Assembly: GCA_019247795.1 (NCBI GenBank)
Contig: JAFBAK010000164.1
Location: 178-64,177, forward strand
Length of the DNA: 64,000 nt
Origin: Hyphomicrobiales bacterium
Lineage (GTDB): Bacteria; Pseudomonadota; Alphaproteobacteria; Rhizobiales; Beijerinckiaceae
Reading direction: 5' to 3'
The position numbers and the translations under genes were made by a program. The notes beneath the pieces were generated by a model. It saw only the letters and a list, made by a program, of their open reading frames with translations, had not been told where the DNA came from and did not search any database. Positions 10,214 through 19,281 of this stretch are shown here, one piece after another; position 1 is the first letter of the stretch, and every line of letters starts with the position of its first letter.

Positions 10214-10981
10214 TCAACGATTGAGGTGACGCGCAACGAAAGAGCGACAGCGCTCCGTAAGAGGGTCGCCGAAGACCTGCTTCGGGGGACCTTCCTCCTC
10301 GATTCGACCCGCATGAAGAAAAATAGCGCGGCTCGAGACCTCGGCGGCGAAGGACATTTCATGGGTCACGATGAGCATCGTGCGCCCTTCGGCCGCCAGA
10401 CCCGCGATGACTTGCAGCACCTCGCCGACAAGCTCCGGATCCAGAGACGAGGTCGGCTCGTCGAACAGGAGCGCCCGTGGACGCATCGCCAGCGCTCGAG
10501 CAATCGCCGCGCGCTGTTGCTGCCCTCCCGAGAGATGTACCGGATACGCATCGCGCTTTTCGGCCATCCCAACCTTCTTCAGGAGCGCCTCCGCTTCTGC
10601 GACACATTCCGCGCGCGAGCGCTTCTGCACATGCACCGGTGCCTCGATCAGGTTCTGCAGCACGGTCATATGCGGCCATAGGTTGAAGCTTTGGAAAACG
10701 AAGCCGAGCGAGCCGCGAACGCGATTGACCTGGGAGCTGTCGGCGGGTTCTGGCCGGCCGTGGCGCCGGCGCATTCGCAAAGCTTCGCCCCCGATGATGA
10801 TCTCGCCTGAATCGGGAACCTCAAGCAGCGGGATGCACCGCAAAAGCGTGCTTTTGCCCGAGCCGCTTGCGCCGATGATCGAGATGACCTCGCCCTCGGC
10901 CGCGTCGAGGGAAACTCCCTTGAGCACCTCCAGCGAGCCGAAGCTCTTGTGGAGATCGCGGATGACGATCGCCGACGTCAC
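10214..10981 (-). CDS. Polar amino acid/opine ABC transporter ATP-binding protein (HisP/OccP-like)
   Basis: Walker A GASGSGKST, LSGGQQQR and Walker B LLFDEPTS. The GTG start overlaps the upstream permease stop (GTGA). Confidence 0.93.
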   Translation of the reverse strand: MTSAIVIRDLHKSFGSLEVLKGVSLDAAEGEVISIIGASGSGKSTLLRCIPLLEVPDSGEIIIGGEALRMRRRHGRPEPADSSQVNRVRGSLGFVFQSFNLWPHMTVLQNLIEAPVHVQKRSRAECVAEAEALLKKVGMAEKRDAYPVHLSGGQQQRAAIARALAMRPRALLFDEPTSSLDPELVGEVLQVIAGLAAEGRTMLIVTHEMSFAAEVSSRAIFLHAGRIEEEGPPKQVFGDPLTERCRSFVARHLNR

Positions 10982-11670
10982 GACGTCGCGGGTCGCAAAT
11001 GAGGGCTCAGCCAGATCTCGAGGCCGGCAACTGCCCGTGTCAGGACGAAGTTGATGGCGAGATAGATCAGGCCGGCGCAGAGAAAGACTTCCAGCGCCCG
11101 GTAGGTCTCGGAAATGATGGCGTAAGCGATGCCGCTGATTTCCATCAGGGTCACGATGCTCGCGAGCGAGGTGGACTTCACCATCGCGATCACCTCGCTG
11201 CCATAGGCCGGCAAGGCCTGGCGCAACGCCAAAGGCAAGATCACGCGCCGATAGAGAAGAAGGCCGGACATGCCACAAACTCTCGCGGACTCGATGCTGC
11301 CGGCCGGAACCGATTGCAAGCCGCCGCGGATGATCTCGGAGCCATAGGCAGCGGTGTTGAGTGACAGCGCCAGAATGGCACACCAATAGGGCTGGCGCAG
11401 GAACGGCCAAAGAAAGCTCCTCTGCACCGCATCGAACTGGCCGAGGCCGTAGTAGATGAGGAACATCTGCAGCAGCAGGGGCGTGCCGCGCAACGCGAAA
11501 ACGTAAAGGCGCACGAACCAGGCGAAAGGCGTGAATGATGCGCGTAGCACGGACAAGATGATCGCGAGAGCGCCGCCGACGCCGACCGAGATGAGCGTGA
11601 GCTCCAAGGTCAGCGGCACGCCGGTCAGCAACTGCCGCATGGTATCGGCGATGAAGGACAACTCGTTCAC
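10978..11670 (-). CDS. ABC permease (HisM/OccM-like)
   Basis: LRGTPLLLQ, AAYGSEIIRGG and KSTSLAS motifs. Confidence 0.92.
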   Translation of the reverse strand: MNELSFIADTMRQLLTGVPLTLELTLISVGVGGALAIILSVLRASFTPFAWFVRLYVFALRGTPLLLQMFLIYYGLGQFDAVQRSFLWPFLRQPYWCAILALSLNTAAYGSEIIRGGLQSVPAGSIESARVCGMSGLLLYRRVILPLALRQALPAYGSEVIAMVKSTSLASIVTLMEISGIAYAIISETYRALEVFLCAGLIYLAINFVLTRAVAGLEIWLSPHLRPATS

Positions 11671-12380
11671 GCCCGCCGCTCGCTGCGCAGCGTCCAGCTC
11701 TCCGCGCCCCGGAACCCGGCGCCGGAGATTGTGGTCAGCACCAAATAAAGAATGAAGCCGGTGATGTAGAAATCGAACGGGCGGCTGGTCGAGCCGGCGC
11801 CGATATGGATTTCGCGCAGGATCTCCGCGAGACCCGTGACGGAAATCAGCGCGGAGTCCTTCAGAGCGCTTTGCCAGACATTGCCCATGGCCGGCAGCGC
11901 GAAGCGCAATACGCGCGGCGCGATGATCCGGCGCAGCATGAGGAAGCCGGGCATCCCCACTGCGCGAGCCGCTTCGATCTCACCGCGCGGGATCGCATAA
12001 TAGGCGCCGCGAATGGCCTCCGTCTGGTAGGCGCCCGAGACGATGCCGATCGCAAGCGCTCCCGCCATGAAACTGTTGAAGCCGAAAAACCCGCTTTGCC
12101 CGAACAGCCTCGCCCCGGAGGTCAGCACTTGGCTGCCGCCGAAATAGAACAGATAGACCACCAGGAGGTCCGGGATGCCGCGCAGAACCGTCGTGTAGAC
12201 GTCGCCGGCGCGGCGCGCGGCGGGCGAGTGCGACAGCTTCGCCCAAGCGCCTGCCACGCCGCAAACAAGGCCGATGGCAAAAGCCGCCGCCGAGACCGAC
12301 AGCGTCATCCAGGTAGCCAGGAGGAGCTGCCAGCCCCAGCCGGTTGGCCCAAAGCCAACCAGCGCAAAAAAGGTCCGCAC
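11667..12380 (-). CDS. ABC permease (HisQ/OccQ-like)
   Basis: LRGIPDLL, GAYQTEAIRGA, EIEAARAVGM and KDSALIS motifs; 4-nt overlap with the next gene. Confidence 0.92.
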   Translation of the reverse strand: MRTFFALVGFGPTGWGWQLLLATWMTLSVSAAAFAIGLVCGVAGAWAKLSHSPAARRAGDVYTTVLRGIPDLLVVYLFYFGGSQVLTSGARLFGQSGFFGFNSFMAGALAIGIVSGAYQTEAIRGAYYAIPRGEIEAARAVGMPGFLMLRRIIAPRVLRFALPAMGNVWQSALKDSALISVTGLAEILREIHIGAGSTSRPFDFYITGFILYLVLTTISGAGFRGAESWTLRSERRA

Positions 12381-12386
12381 GTCTTC

Positions 12387-13238
12387 TCAGGACTGAGGTG
12401 GCGGACTGATATCGGTCTTGAACCACTGCAGCGACAGCTTCTTGATCGTGCCGTCGGCAAGTGCTTCGTTCAATGCCTTGTCGAACATAACCTTCAGTTC
12501 GGGATCGCTTTTGCGAAAGCCGATGCCCGTTCCGAGGCCGAGCAGGCCGCCCGTGAAAAGTGGTCCTTCGAGCTTCAGCTTCTCGCCGCCGGAGCGGGCA
12601 AGGGTCGAGACGAAATACGAGGTCGAAGCGAGGGCGGCGTCGATGCGCCCTGCCTGCAAGTCCAAATCATGTTCCTCGGTCGTCTTGTAAGCGCGGATAT
12701 CCACGACGTCCTTAAGATAGGTGTTCAAAAGGTCGGCTTGGATGGTCGCGGTCTGCACGCCGACAGTCTTGCCCTTCAGAGCCGGTGTCAGCGCCTTGAT
12801 GGCGGCCGCGGTGGCGTCCTTGTCGTCGAGCGATACGCGAACGCCATTGTCCGGCAGGTCAGCAAGAGGGCCATCCTTGCGTACCGCGAAGACGGTCGGC
12901 GAGTTGGTATAGTTGCGGCTGAAGTTGATGACTTCCTGTCGTTTCGCGGTGATGCTCATGCCGTCCATGATGGCGTCGTATTTGCCGGCGTTGAGCCCGG
13001 GAATGATGCCATCCCAATCCTGCGCCACCCATTCGCAGGTAATCTTCAGGCGCGCGCAAAGATCGTTGCCAAGGTCTATCTCGAAGCCGATCAGCTTGCC
13101 GTCGGGCGAATGGCCATTGTACGGCATATAGGCGCCTTCGGTGGCGATCACGACCTTGGTCCAGTCCTTGGCCTGCGCCGGCGACATGCTGAGAGCCGCC
13201 GCAATGCCGAGCGCCGGTAGAATCCGCAGAATTCTCAT
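12387..13238 (-). CDS. ABC substrate-binding protein, family 3 (ArgT/NocT/OccJ-like)
   Basis: Signal peptide ending AQA; ATEGAYMPYN, WDGIIPGLNAGKYDAIMDGMSIT and GVQTATIQ motifs. Confidence 0.92.
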   Translation of the reverse strand: MRILRILPALGIAAALSMSPAQAKDWTKVVIATEGAYMPYNGHSPDGKLIGFEIDLGNDLCARLKITCEWVAQDWDGIIPGLNAGKYDAIMDGMSITAKRQEVINFSRNYTNSPTVFAVRKDGPLADLPDNGVRVSLDDKDATAAAIKALTPALKGKTVGVQTATIQADLLNTYLKDVVDIRAYKTTEEHDLDLQAGRIDAALASTSYFVSTLARSGGEKLKLEGPLFTGGLLGLGTGIGFRKSDPELKVMFDKALNEALADGTIKKLSLQWFKTDISPPPQS

Positions 13239-13466
13239 CTTCGATCTCCCTGTTTGCGCCGAACGCGCTGGCGTTCCGTCCGGATATTCTTGCCGACGAG
13301 ACTAGAGCATGTTTGCCGTCGGTCAAAGACTTCGCGTTGTCTCGAGCGCGCCGGCGGAGAGGGTCTGGATGTTATTGCGTCAGGAGAACGCACCGGCCAA
13401 ATCATAGCCCTCGGGTGGGCCCGGACGGGAGCTAGGTCCAAGCCCTTTGAAAGGATCTCGCAAGTC

Positions 13467-13916
13467 CTATTTCGCGGTGACGTTAAATCGTGCCCACATG
13501 CCTTGATGCGCGTGTCCGGCTTGGTTGCAGTAGAGGACATATCGACCGGGCCGCAAAGATACCGTGAGATGTCCCGAATTGCCGGGCTTCAGCTCCGATA
13601 CTTCACCGAGGCTTTTTACCTTTGCTTCGACGACTTCGTCTTTCTTGGCGTTGTAAGGGAAAGTAGAGGGATCTTGATCCGATTTCACGAGGATCATCTC
13701 GTGCACGAGATTTTTCGATTCGTTTGTCGCCTCGAAGCGGACTTGGCCCGCGGGGGCGCTGTCGCGATCAAGTTTCATCTGCATGGCCTTGATATCATCG
13801 GCGGTCGAGGGATCTTGCAGCTCGACCTTCACGACGGTGGCCGCAAAGGCCGGGGCAAAACTCGATGCCAGGATTGCCAAACCGATCAGCATGCGAGGCA
13901 GGTGAGGGGTATTCAT
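13467..13916 (-). CDS. Periplasmic cupredoxin (type-1 blue copper protein)
   Basis: Signal peptide ending AFA; His in VHEM plus C-terminal YCNQAGHAHQGM ligand loop (Cys, His, Met). Confidence 0.85.
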   Translation of the reverse strand: MNTPHLPRMLIGLAILASSFAPAFAATVVKVELQDPSTADDIKAMQMKLDRDSAPAGQVRFEATNESKNLVHEMILVKSDQDPSTFPYNAKKDEVVEAKVKSLGEVSELKPGNSGHLTVSLRPGRYVLYCNQAGHAHQGMWARFNVTAK

Positions 13917-14143
13917 TTTCCTTCTCCGTAAATGAAAAAAACAGCGCGCCGGTTCTTGGGGTTCCGCAACTCGCGTTGGTGCGCAAATCAAACGAACGTG
14001 AGCAGCGGCTGCGAAGCGAGAAAGCAGTTCGGTAATTCTACGCCGAATTACAGCGGATTGTTGCCGTTCCGCGCCGATCCTGATAAAGGGACGCGTCGCC
14101 GAAGAGGAAAAAAACCTAAGTCTTTTCAGCGGTTGACGATATC

Positions 14144-14220
14144 CGGGGCATGGCGCAGTCTGGTAGCGCGGTAGTTTTGGGTACTACAGGTCGCAGGTTC
14201 GAATCCTGCTGCCCCGACCA
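14144..14220 (+). tRNA. tRNA-Pro(UGG)
   Basis: Acceptor stem CGGGGCA/TGCCCCG, anticodon arm GTAGT-TTTGGGT-ACTAC, GTTCGAATC T-loop and encoded CCA. Confidence 0.97.
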
Positions 14221-14272
14221 GCCGATTCGTGTCACGCGTTCTGCTTTGCCACTCCACCTCGAGGAATGAGAG

Positions 14273-14578
14273 ATGACCGCCCGGATCTATCGACCCGCCC
14301 GCAACGCCATGCAATCGGGCGCCGCTAACACCAGGCAATGGCTGCTCGAGTTCGAGCCTCAGCAGAAGCGTGTGGCCGAGCCGCTCATGGGCTGGACCTC
14401 ATCGACGGACATGCTGGGCCAGGTCAGGCTCTCCTTCGACACCAAGGAAGAGGCGGTCGCCTACGCGCTTCGGGAAGGCATTCCTTTTCGACTGGAGGAG
14501 TCGCATGAAACGAAGCGCCGCCCCTTGTCATATTCGGACAACTTCCGGTTCAATCGTATCGGTCAGTGGACCCACTGA
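14273..14578 (+). CDS. ETC complex I subunit conserved region protein (NDUFS4-like)
   Basis: MTARIYRPARNAMQSG, EPLMGWTSSTDM, LSFDTKEEAVAY and YSDNF motifs. Confidence 0.9.
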   Translation: MTARIYRPARNAMQSGAANTRQWLLEFEPQQKRVAEPLMGWTSSTDMLGQVRLSFDTKEEAVAYALREGIPFRLEESHETKRRPLSYSDNFRFNRIGQWTH

Positions 14579-14646
14579 TCGGATTTTCGCGATAAACGAA
14601 CCCCGATCGCTTCGGAGCCGATGGGTTCGGCGCGTGAAGCTCACAG

Positions 14647-14723
14647 GGCCCCGTAGCTCAGCTGGATAGAGCAGCAGCCTTCTAAGCTGTTGGTCGCAGG
14701 TTCGAGTCCTGCCGGGGTCGCCA
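14647..14723 (+). tRNA. tRNA-Arg(UCU)
   Basis: Acceptor stem GGCCCCG/CGGGGTC, anticodon arm GCAGC-CTTCTAA-GCTGT, GTTCGAGTC T-loop and encoded CCA. Confidence 0.97.
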
Positions 14724-14732
14724 AACTCACAT

Positions 14733-14839
14733 TGTCCAGACCGGACACATAGGTGACAATTCGTTCCTAAGACATGGGTGACAACCTCGGGCCGAAGGAT
14801 TGTCCGGAGCGTTCTGTCTCCCCTGTCTCGGAACGCTCA
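14733..14839. mobile_element. Possible IS-end relic / miniature element (IS481-like ends, no transposase)
   Basis: The left part has the internal direct repeats GACACATAGGTGACA and GACATGGGTGACA. The right end (reverse complement TGAGCGTTCCGAGACAGGGGAGACA) is an imperfect inverted copy. The IS481 resemblance is from memory and not verified. Confidence 0.45.
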
Positions 14840-14845
14840 CTGGGT

Positions 14846-15220
14846 TCACTCCGCAGGTCCATTGTTTCGGGGCCTGCTATAGGGGTAAACGCCCTGATCC
14901 GTGCTCACCTCGATTTCGATGAGGTCGCATTTTGCGGGGTTGATCCGAATTTTGATGTGTTGGCCGAATTTCACTTTCTGAGGGCGTTTTTGAAAAAGCG
15001 ATGGAGGATCGTCGGAACCTCCTCCTGGAAGTTCGATCCCGTAGTCACAATTGCCTCGGTTTATCTTCACGCCATCAATTTTGATTTGGTCCACAAGCCC
15101 GATGATGGCGAATTCAGATGCACTTAAAATTCTGATCTCGAATGGAGTGTCAGCCGCCTTTGCGGGCGTGCATGCAAGCATAGCGGCCAGACCGAACATC
15201 CCCAGAGGTTTGAGGTCCAT
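14846..15220 (-). CDS. Secreted hypothetical protein (124 aa) with an NRGNC motif and a second Cys
   Basis: SD GAGGAG before the ATG at 15220; signal-like N-terminus ending AKA; INRGNC...KFGQ...KCDLIEIEVSTDQG. Confidence 0.7.
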   Translation of the reverse strand: MDLKPLGMFGLAAMLACTPAKAADTPFEIRILSASEFAIIGLVDQIKIDGVKINRGNCDYGIELPGGGSDDPPSLFQKRPQKVKFGQHIKIRINPAKCDLIEIEVSTDQGVYPYSRPRNNGPAE

Positions 15221-15308
15221 CGCGCGCTCCTCTGTCCAAACGTCGTTCGGACGCATATGTAGCGCGCGATCGATGAGGTCCAGCCGGATGAGCTGTTTAG
15301 CCTTGAGG

Positions 15309-15515
15309 TCAGCCGAGCCAAGCCCAGACGAACACGAGGAAGGCGACTGCGCCGTAGATCAAAGAGGATCCCAAGCGTCTGTAGACGGCGTTGCGCAGGT
15401 GCTCTGGGCTGAAGCTCAACTTGGGGCCGTATCTCACCTCCAGGAAGGCGTTGATCAGATAGCAGGCGCTCACAAAGGCGAGCACAAAAGCGACGAAGAA
15501 CCCAAATCTTTGCAT
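15309..15515 (-). CDS. Small two-TM membrane protein
   Basis: 68 aa with two hydrophobic aromatic-rich segments (FGFFVAFVLAFVSACYLI; LIYGAVAFLVFVWAWLG). Confidence 0.5.
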   Translation of the reverse strand: MQRFGFFVAFVLAFVSACYLINAFLEVRYGPKLSFSPEHLRNAVYRRLGSSLIYGAVAFLVFVWAWLG

Positions 15516-15900
15516 GCCCGAGCCCGTCGAACGATACGCGCAGCTCTATCATGTTGCTTACTCGGACTTAACGTCGAAATGGTCCAAGTTCTCGCAAAGA
15601 CCCAAGTTTCTCGCAACGACTCAAGCGCGCGACAGGCGACCAAGTGGCCCGCAAGCAAACCAAGTCAGGCGGATGCGAGCGCGTGCGTGATGCTCGTCTC
15701 GAACACGCGGCCAAATAGGCACGTGGCAGCGAGCAGCTGCGCAAACTACCGAATGGAATTTCCGCGCGAGGGCGGGATCTCTGGGCCCTCTGTCGAGCCT
15801 GTGCGCGCCAGCAACTTCACTTAATGGGATTGACCGCCAGCCATGTACGGGCTTCGATGTACTGGTTACGCGGCTGTCCAAAAGATCAAGGGAGATGGAT

Positions 15901-16149
15901 GTGAAAGGGATCACTCTGATTGCGTTTGCCGCTATGCTTTGCGCGACAGGCGCCTTCGCTGCCGAGGCCACCTGCAAAAGTCAGGCAGGTGACAAGAAAC
16001 TCGCCGGGGCTGCACTGACCAGCTTCATGAAGAAATGCGAGAGCGATGCCACAAAGACTTGCGAGACCTCGGCGACCGAGAAGAAGCTCGCGGGGGCGGC
16101 CAAGACCAGCTTCACCAAAAAGTGCGTCAGCGACGCGGTCGGCACCTAA
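15901..16149 (+). CDS. PsiF-repeat family small secreted protein
   Basis: Signal peptide ending AFA; two repeats C-x8-L-A-G-A-A-x-T-S-F-x-K-K-C. The GTG start at 15901 has better SD spacing than the ATG at 15895. Confidence 0.8.
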   Translation: MKGITLIAFAAMLCATGAFAAEATCKSQAGDKKLAGAALTSFMKKCESDATKTCETSATEKKLAGAAKTSFTKKCVSDAVGT

Positions 16150-16193
16150 GCCGATCTCGGCCAGACCGTTTCGCAAGCTGCTTTCGCACGCGG

Positions 16194-19178
16194 TCATTCG
16201 GCCGCCGCTCGCCGCCCTTCCTTCGATGAGGCACGCGAAAAACCTGACGCTCGCCGCTCGAGCACGCCTTTGAGAAACGTTCCGGTGTAGCTCGATGGCG
16301 CGCGCGTGATCTCTTCGGGGGTTCCGGTCGCGACGATGGTGCCGCCCCCGTCCCCGCCCTCCGGTCCGAGATCGATGATGTGATCGGCCGTCTTGATTAC
16401 TTCGAGATTGTGCTCGATCACCACGACCGTGTTGCCTTGCTCGACGAGCTCGTGAAGCACCTCGAGAAGCTTCGCGACGTCGTGGAAGTGAAGCCCCGTT
16501 GTCGGCTCGTCGAGAATGTAGAGCGTTCGCCCGGTGGCGCGTTTCGACAGCTCCTTCGCGAGCTTGACGCGCTGCGCCTCGCCGCCCGAAAGGGTCGTCG
16601 CCTGCTGCCCGACATGCACATAGTCGAGGCCCACGCGCGCCAAAGTCTTCATCTTTTCGCGGATCGCGGGGACCGCGGCGAAAAGCTCGCCTGCTTCCTC
16701 AACCGTCATGTCGAGCACATCGGCGATCGACTTGCCGCGATATTTTACCTCCAACGTCTCGCGGTCGTAGCGCTTGCCCTTGCACACATCGCAGGTGACG
16801 TAGACGTCGGGGAGGAAGTGCATCTCGATCTTGAGGACGCCGTCACCCTGGCAGGCCTCGCATCGTCCTCCCTTCACATTGAATGAGAAACGGCCCGGCT
16901 GATAGCCGCGGGTCTTCGCTTCCGGCAATTGTGCGAACCAGTCGCGGATCGGCGTGAAGGCTCCCGTGTAGGTCGCCGGGTTCGAACGCGGCGTCCGACC
17001 GATCGGCGATTGATCGATGTCGATCACCTTGTCGAGCTTCTCCAATCCTTCGATCCGCTCATAGGGGGCCGGGTGCTCATGGGAGCCGTTGAGCCGACGC
17101 GCAGCCGCGCGATAGAGCGTGTCGATCGTGAGCGTCGATTTTCCTCCACCTGAGACCCCGGTGATGCAGGTGAAGAGCCCGAGCGGAATATCGACCGTCA
17201 CATTCTTGAGATTGTTGCCGCGCGCGCCCACGATCCGCAGACCGTGCCCTTTGAGCGGCTTGCGCCTCTCGCGCGGCACGGGAATGGCGAGTTTGCCGGT
17301 GAGGTATTTGCCGGTAAGCGATCTCGGATTTGCCATCACCTCTTCGGGCGTGCCTTCGGCGACGACCTCGCCGCCGTGGATTCCGGCGCCCGGCCCGACA
17401 TCGACCACGTAATCGGCCTCCCGGATCGCATCCTCGTCATGCTCGACCACGATCACGGTATTACCGAGATCGCGCAGGCGCTTCAGCGTCTCCAAAAGCC
17501 GCGCGTTGTCGCGCTGGTGCAAGCCGATCGAAGGCTCGTCGAGCACATAGAGCACCCCGGTGAGGCCCGAGCCGATTTGCGATGCCAGGCGAATGCGCTG
17601 GCTCTCGCCGCCCGACAAAGTGCCCGAGGCCCGCGACAGCGTGAGATATTCCAGTCCGACATCGAGGAGAAAACGCAAGCGCTCGTTGATTTCCTTCAAG
17701 ATGCGGTGCGCGATCTCGTTCTGCTTCTCGGTGAGGACGCCGGGAAGCGCCTCGAACCAAGAGAGCGCCTCGCGCACGGAACGGCGCGTCGCCTGCGCGA
17801 TGTGGTCGCCCGCGATCTTCACCGCGAGCGCTTCCGGCTTGAGGCGCATGCCTTTGCAAGCTTCGCAGGGCGTCTCGGACATGTATCGTCCGATCTCCTC
17901 GCGCGCCCATTCGCTGTCGGTCTCTTTGAAGCGCCGCTCGAGGTTACGGATCACGCCTTCGAAGGGCTTGTTGATCTCGTAAGCGCGCAAGCCATCGTCG
18001 TAGGCCATGCGCACCTTCTCTTCGCCCGAACCGTAGAGGATGGCATTCTTCGCGGCTGGCGGAAGCTCGCGCCAGCGGGCCGACATCGAGAACCGGTAAT
18101 GCTTCGCCAACGCTTCCAGCGTCTGTCCGTAATAGGGCGAGGTCGACCGCGCCCAGGGCGCGATGGCGCCGCGCTTCAAGGTCGCGTTCTCGTCCGGTAC
18201 GACAAGCTCGGGATCGATGCGCATCTCATGGCCGAGCCCGTCGCAGACCGGGCAGGCCCCATAAGGATTGTTGAACGAGAAGAGACGCGGCTCGATCTCC
18301 GGAATCGTGAACCCCGAAACCGGGCAGGCGAATTTCGACGAGAAGGTGATCCGCTTTGGCCCTCCCCGCTCGTCCCTCTCATCGGCGAATTCGACGATCG
18401 CGATGCCGTCCGCGAGCTCGAGCGCCGTCTCGAGACTTTCGGAGAGCCTCGCCGCGATATCGGGGCGGACGACGAGGCGGTCCACCACGACATCGATATC
18501 GTGCTTATATTTCTTGTCGAGAGCGGGCGCAGCGTCGATCTCATAAAAGGTGCCGTCCACCTTGAGGCGCTGAAAGCCCTTCTTCTGAAGCTCCAGCATC
18601 TCCTTGCGGTATTCGCCCTTGCGGCCACGCACCACCGGCGCGAGGAGGTAAAGCCGCGTCTTCTCGGGCAGGGCAAGGACCCGGTCCACCATTTGCGAGA
18701 TCGTCTGGCTCTCGATCGGCAGTCCGGTCGCCGGCGATATGGGAACGCCTACGCGCGCCCAGAGGAGGCGCATATAGTCGTAGATTTCCGTGACGGTGCC
18801 GACGGTCGAACGTGGATTTTTCGAGGTCGTCTTCTGCTCGATCGAGATTGCGGGCGAAAGCCCCTCGATGAGTTCGACATCGGGTTTCTGCATCATCTCG
18901 AGAAATTGGCGCGCATACGCAGAGAGGCTCTCCACGTAGCGCCGCTGGCCCTCCGCATAAATCGTGTCGAAGGCGAGCGACGATTTGCCCGAACCGGAAA
19001 GCCCCGTGAACACGACGAGCCTGTCGCGCGGGATGGTGAGATCAACGCCTTTGAGATTGTGCTCGCGCGCACCCTTGATCGAGATCACGCGCAAAGGTGC
19101 GTCGAAGAGCCTCTCAACCGATCCCGAGGAGGCGCTTGCGGCTGGTTTGGGGGCGGGCATGGAGGATTGCACGGCCAT
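16194..19178 (-). CDS. uvrA: Excinuclease ABC subunit A
   Basis: GAREHNLK, two Walker A motifs ([18 protein letters not shown]), Zn-finger CPxC motifs and [16 protein letters not shown]. Alternative start at 19160. Confidence 0.98.
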   Translation of the reverse strand: MAVQSSMPAPKPAASASSGSVERLFDAPLRVISIKGAREHNLKGVDLTIPRDRLVVFTGLSGSGKSSLAFDTIYAEGQRRYVESLSAYARQFLEMMQKPDVELIEGLSPAISIEQKTTSKNPRSTVGTVTEIYDYMRLLWARVGVPISPATGLPIESQTISQMVDRVLALPEKTRLYLLAPVVRGRKGEYRKEMLELQKKGFQRLKVDGTFYEIDAAPALDKKYKHDIDVVVDRLVVRPDIAARLSESLETALELADGIAIVEFADERDERGGPKRITFSSKFACPVSGFTIPEIEPRLFSFNNPYGACPVCDGLGHEMRIDPELVVPDENATLKRGAIAPWARSTSPYYGQTLEALAKHYRFSMSARWRELPPAAKNAILYGSGEEKVRMAYDDGLRAYEINKPFEGVIRNLERRFKETDSEWAREEIGRYMSETPCEACKGMRLKPEALAVKIAGDHIAQATRRSVREALSWFEALPGVLTEKQNEIAHRILKEINERLRFLLDVGLEYLTLSRASGTLSGGESQRIRLASQIGSGLTGVLYVLDEPSIGLHQRDNARLLETLKRLRDLGNTVIVVEHDEDAIREADYVVDVGPGAGIHGGEVVAEGTPEEVMANPRSLTGKYLTGKLAIPVPRERRKPLKGHGLRIVGARGNNLKNVTVDIPLGLFTCITGVSGGGKSTLTIDTLYRAAARRLNGSHEHPAPYERIEGLEKLDKVIDIDQSPIGRTPRSNPATYTGAFTPIRDWFAQLPEAKTRGYQPGRFSFNVKGGRCEACQGDGVLKIEMHFLPDVYVTCDVCKGKRYDRETLEVKYRGKSIADVLDMTVEEAGELFAAVPAIREKMKTLARVGLDYVHVGQQATTLSGGEAQRVKLAKELSKRATGRTLYILDEPTTGLHFHDVAKLLEVLHELVEQGNTVVVIEHNLEVIKTADHIIDLGPEGGDGGGTIVATGTPEEITRAPSSYTGTFLKGVLERRASGFSRASSKEGRRAAAE

Positions 19179-19193
19179 GAACGTTTCTAGAAC
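19179..19193. promoter_or_regulatory. LexA (SOS) box, alphaproteobacterial type
   Basis: GAAC-N7-GAAC (GTTC-N7-GTTC on the uvrA strand) directly upstream of uvrA. Confidence 0.8.
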
Positions 19194-19281
19194 GCCTTAT
19201 GTAGCGTGGCGCAGCGGGCATTGCACCCCATGTCATCAAATCGCATCCTTTTTTCCACTGGCGGCGAAGGTCGCGACTCTC

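Noticed and set aside
14144-16200. Integrative element or prophage at tRNA-Pro or tRNA-Arg
   Set aside because: No integrase, and I found no duplicated tRNA 3' end (attR) in the window by eye; only a small islet and a possible IS relic are supportable.
17244-19190. 648-aa plus-strand ORF opposite uvrA (also long antisense ORFs at 21381-22772, 45671-47482, 47713-49329 and 11805-13220)
   Set aside because: They exactly shadow well-conserved genes, have no recognisable motifs, and are expected from high-GC codon bias that depletes stops on the antisense frame.
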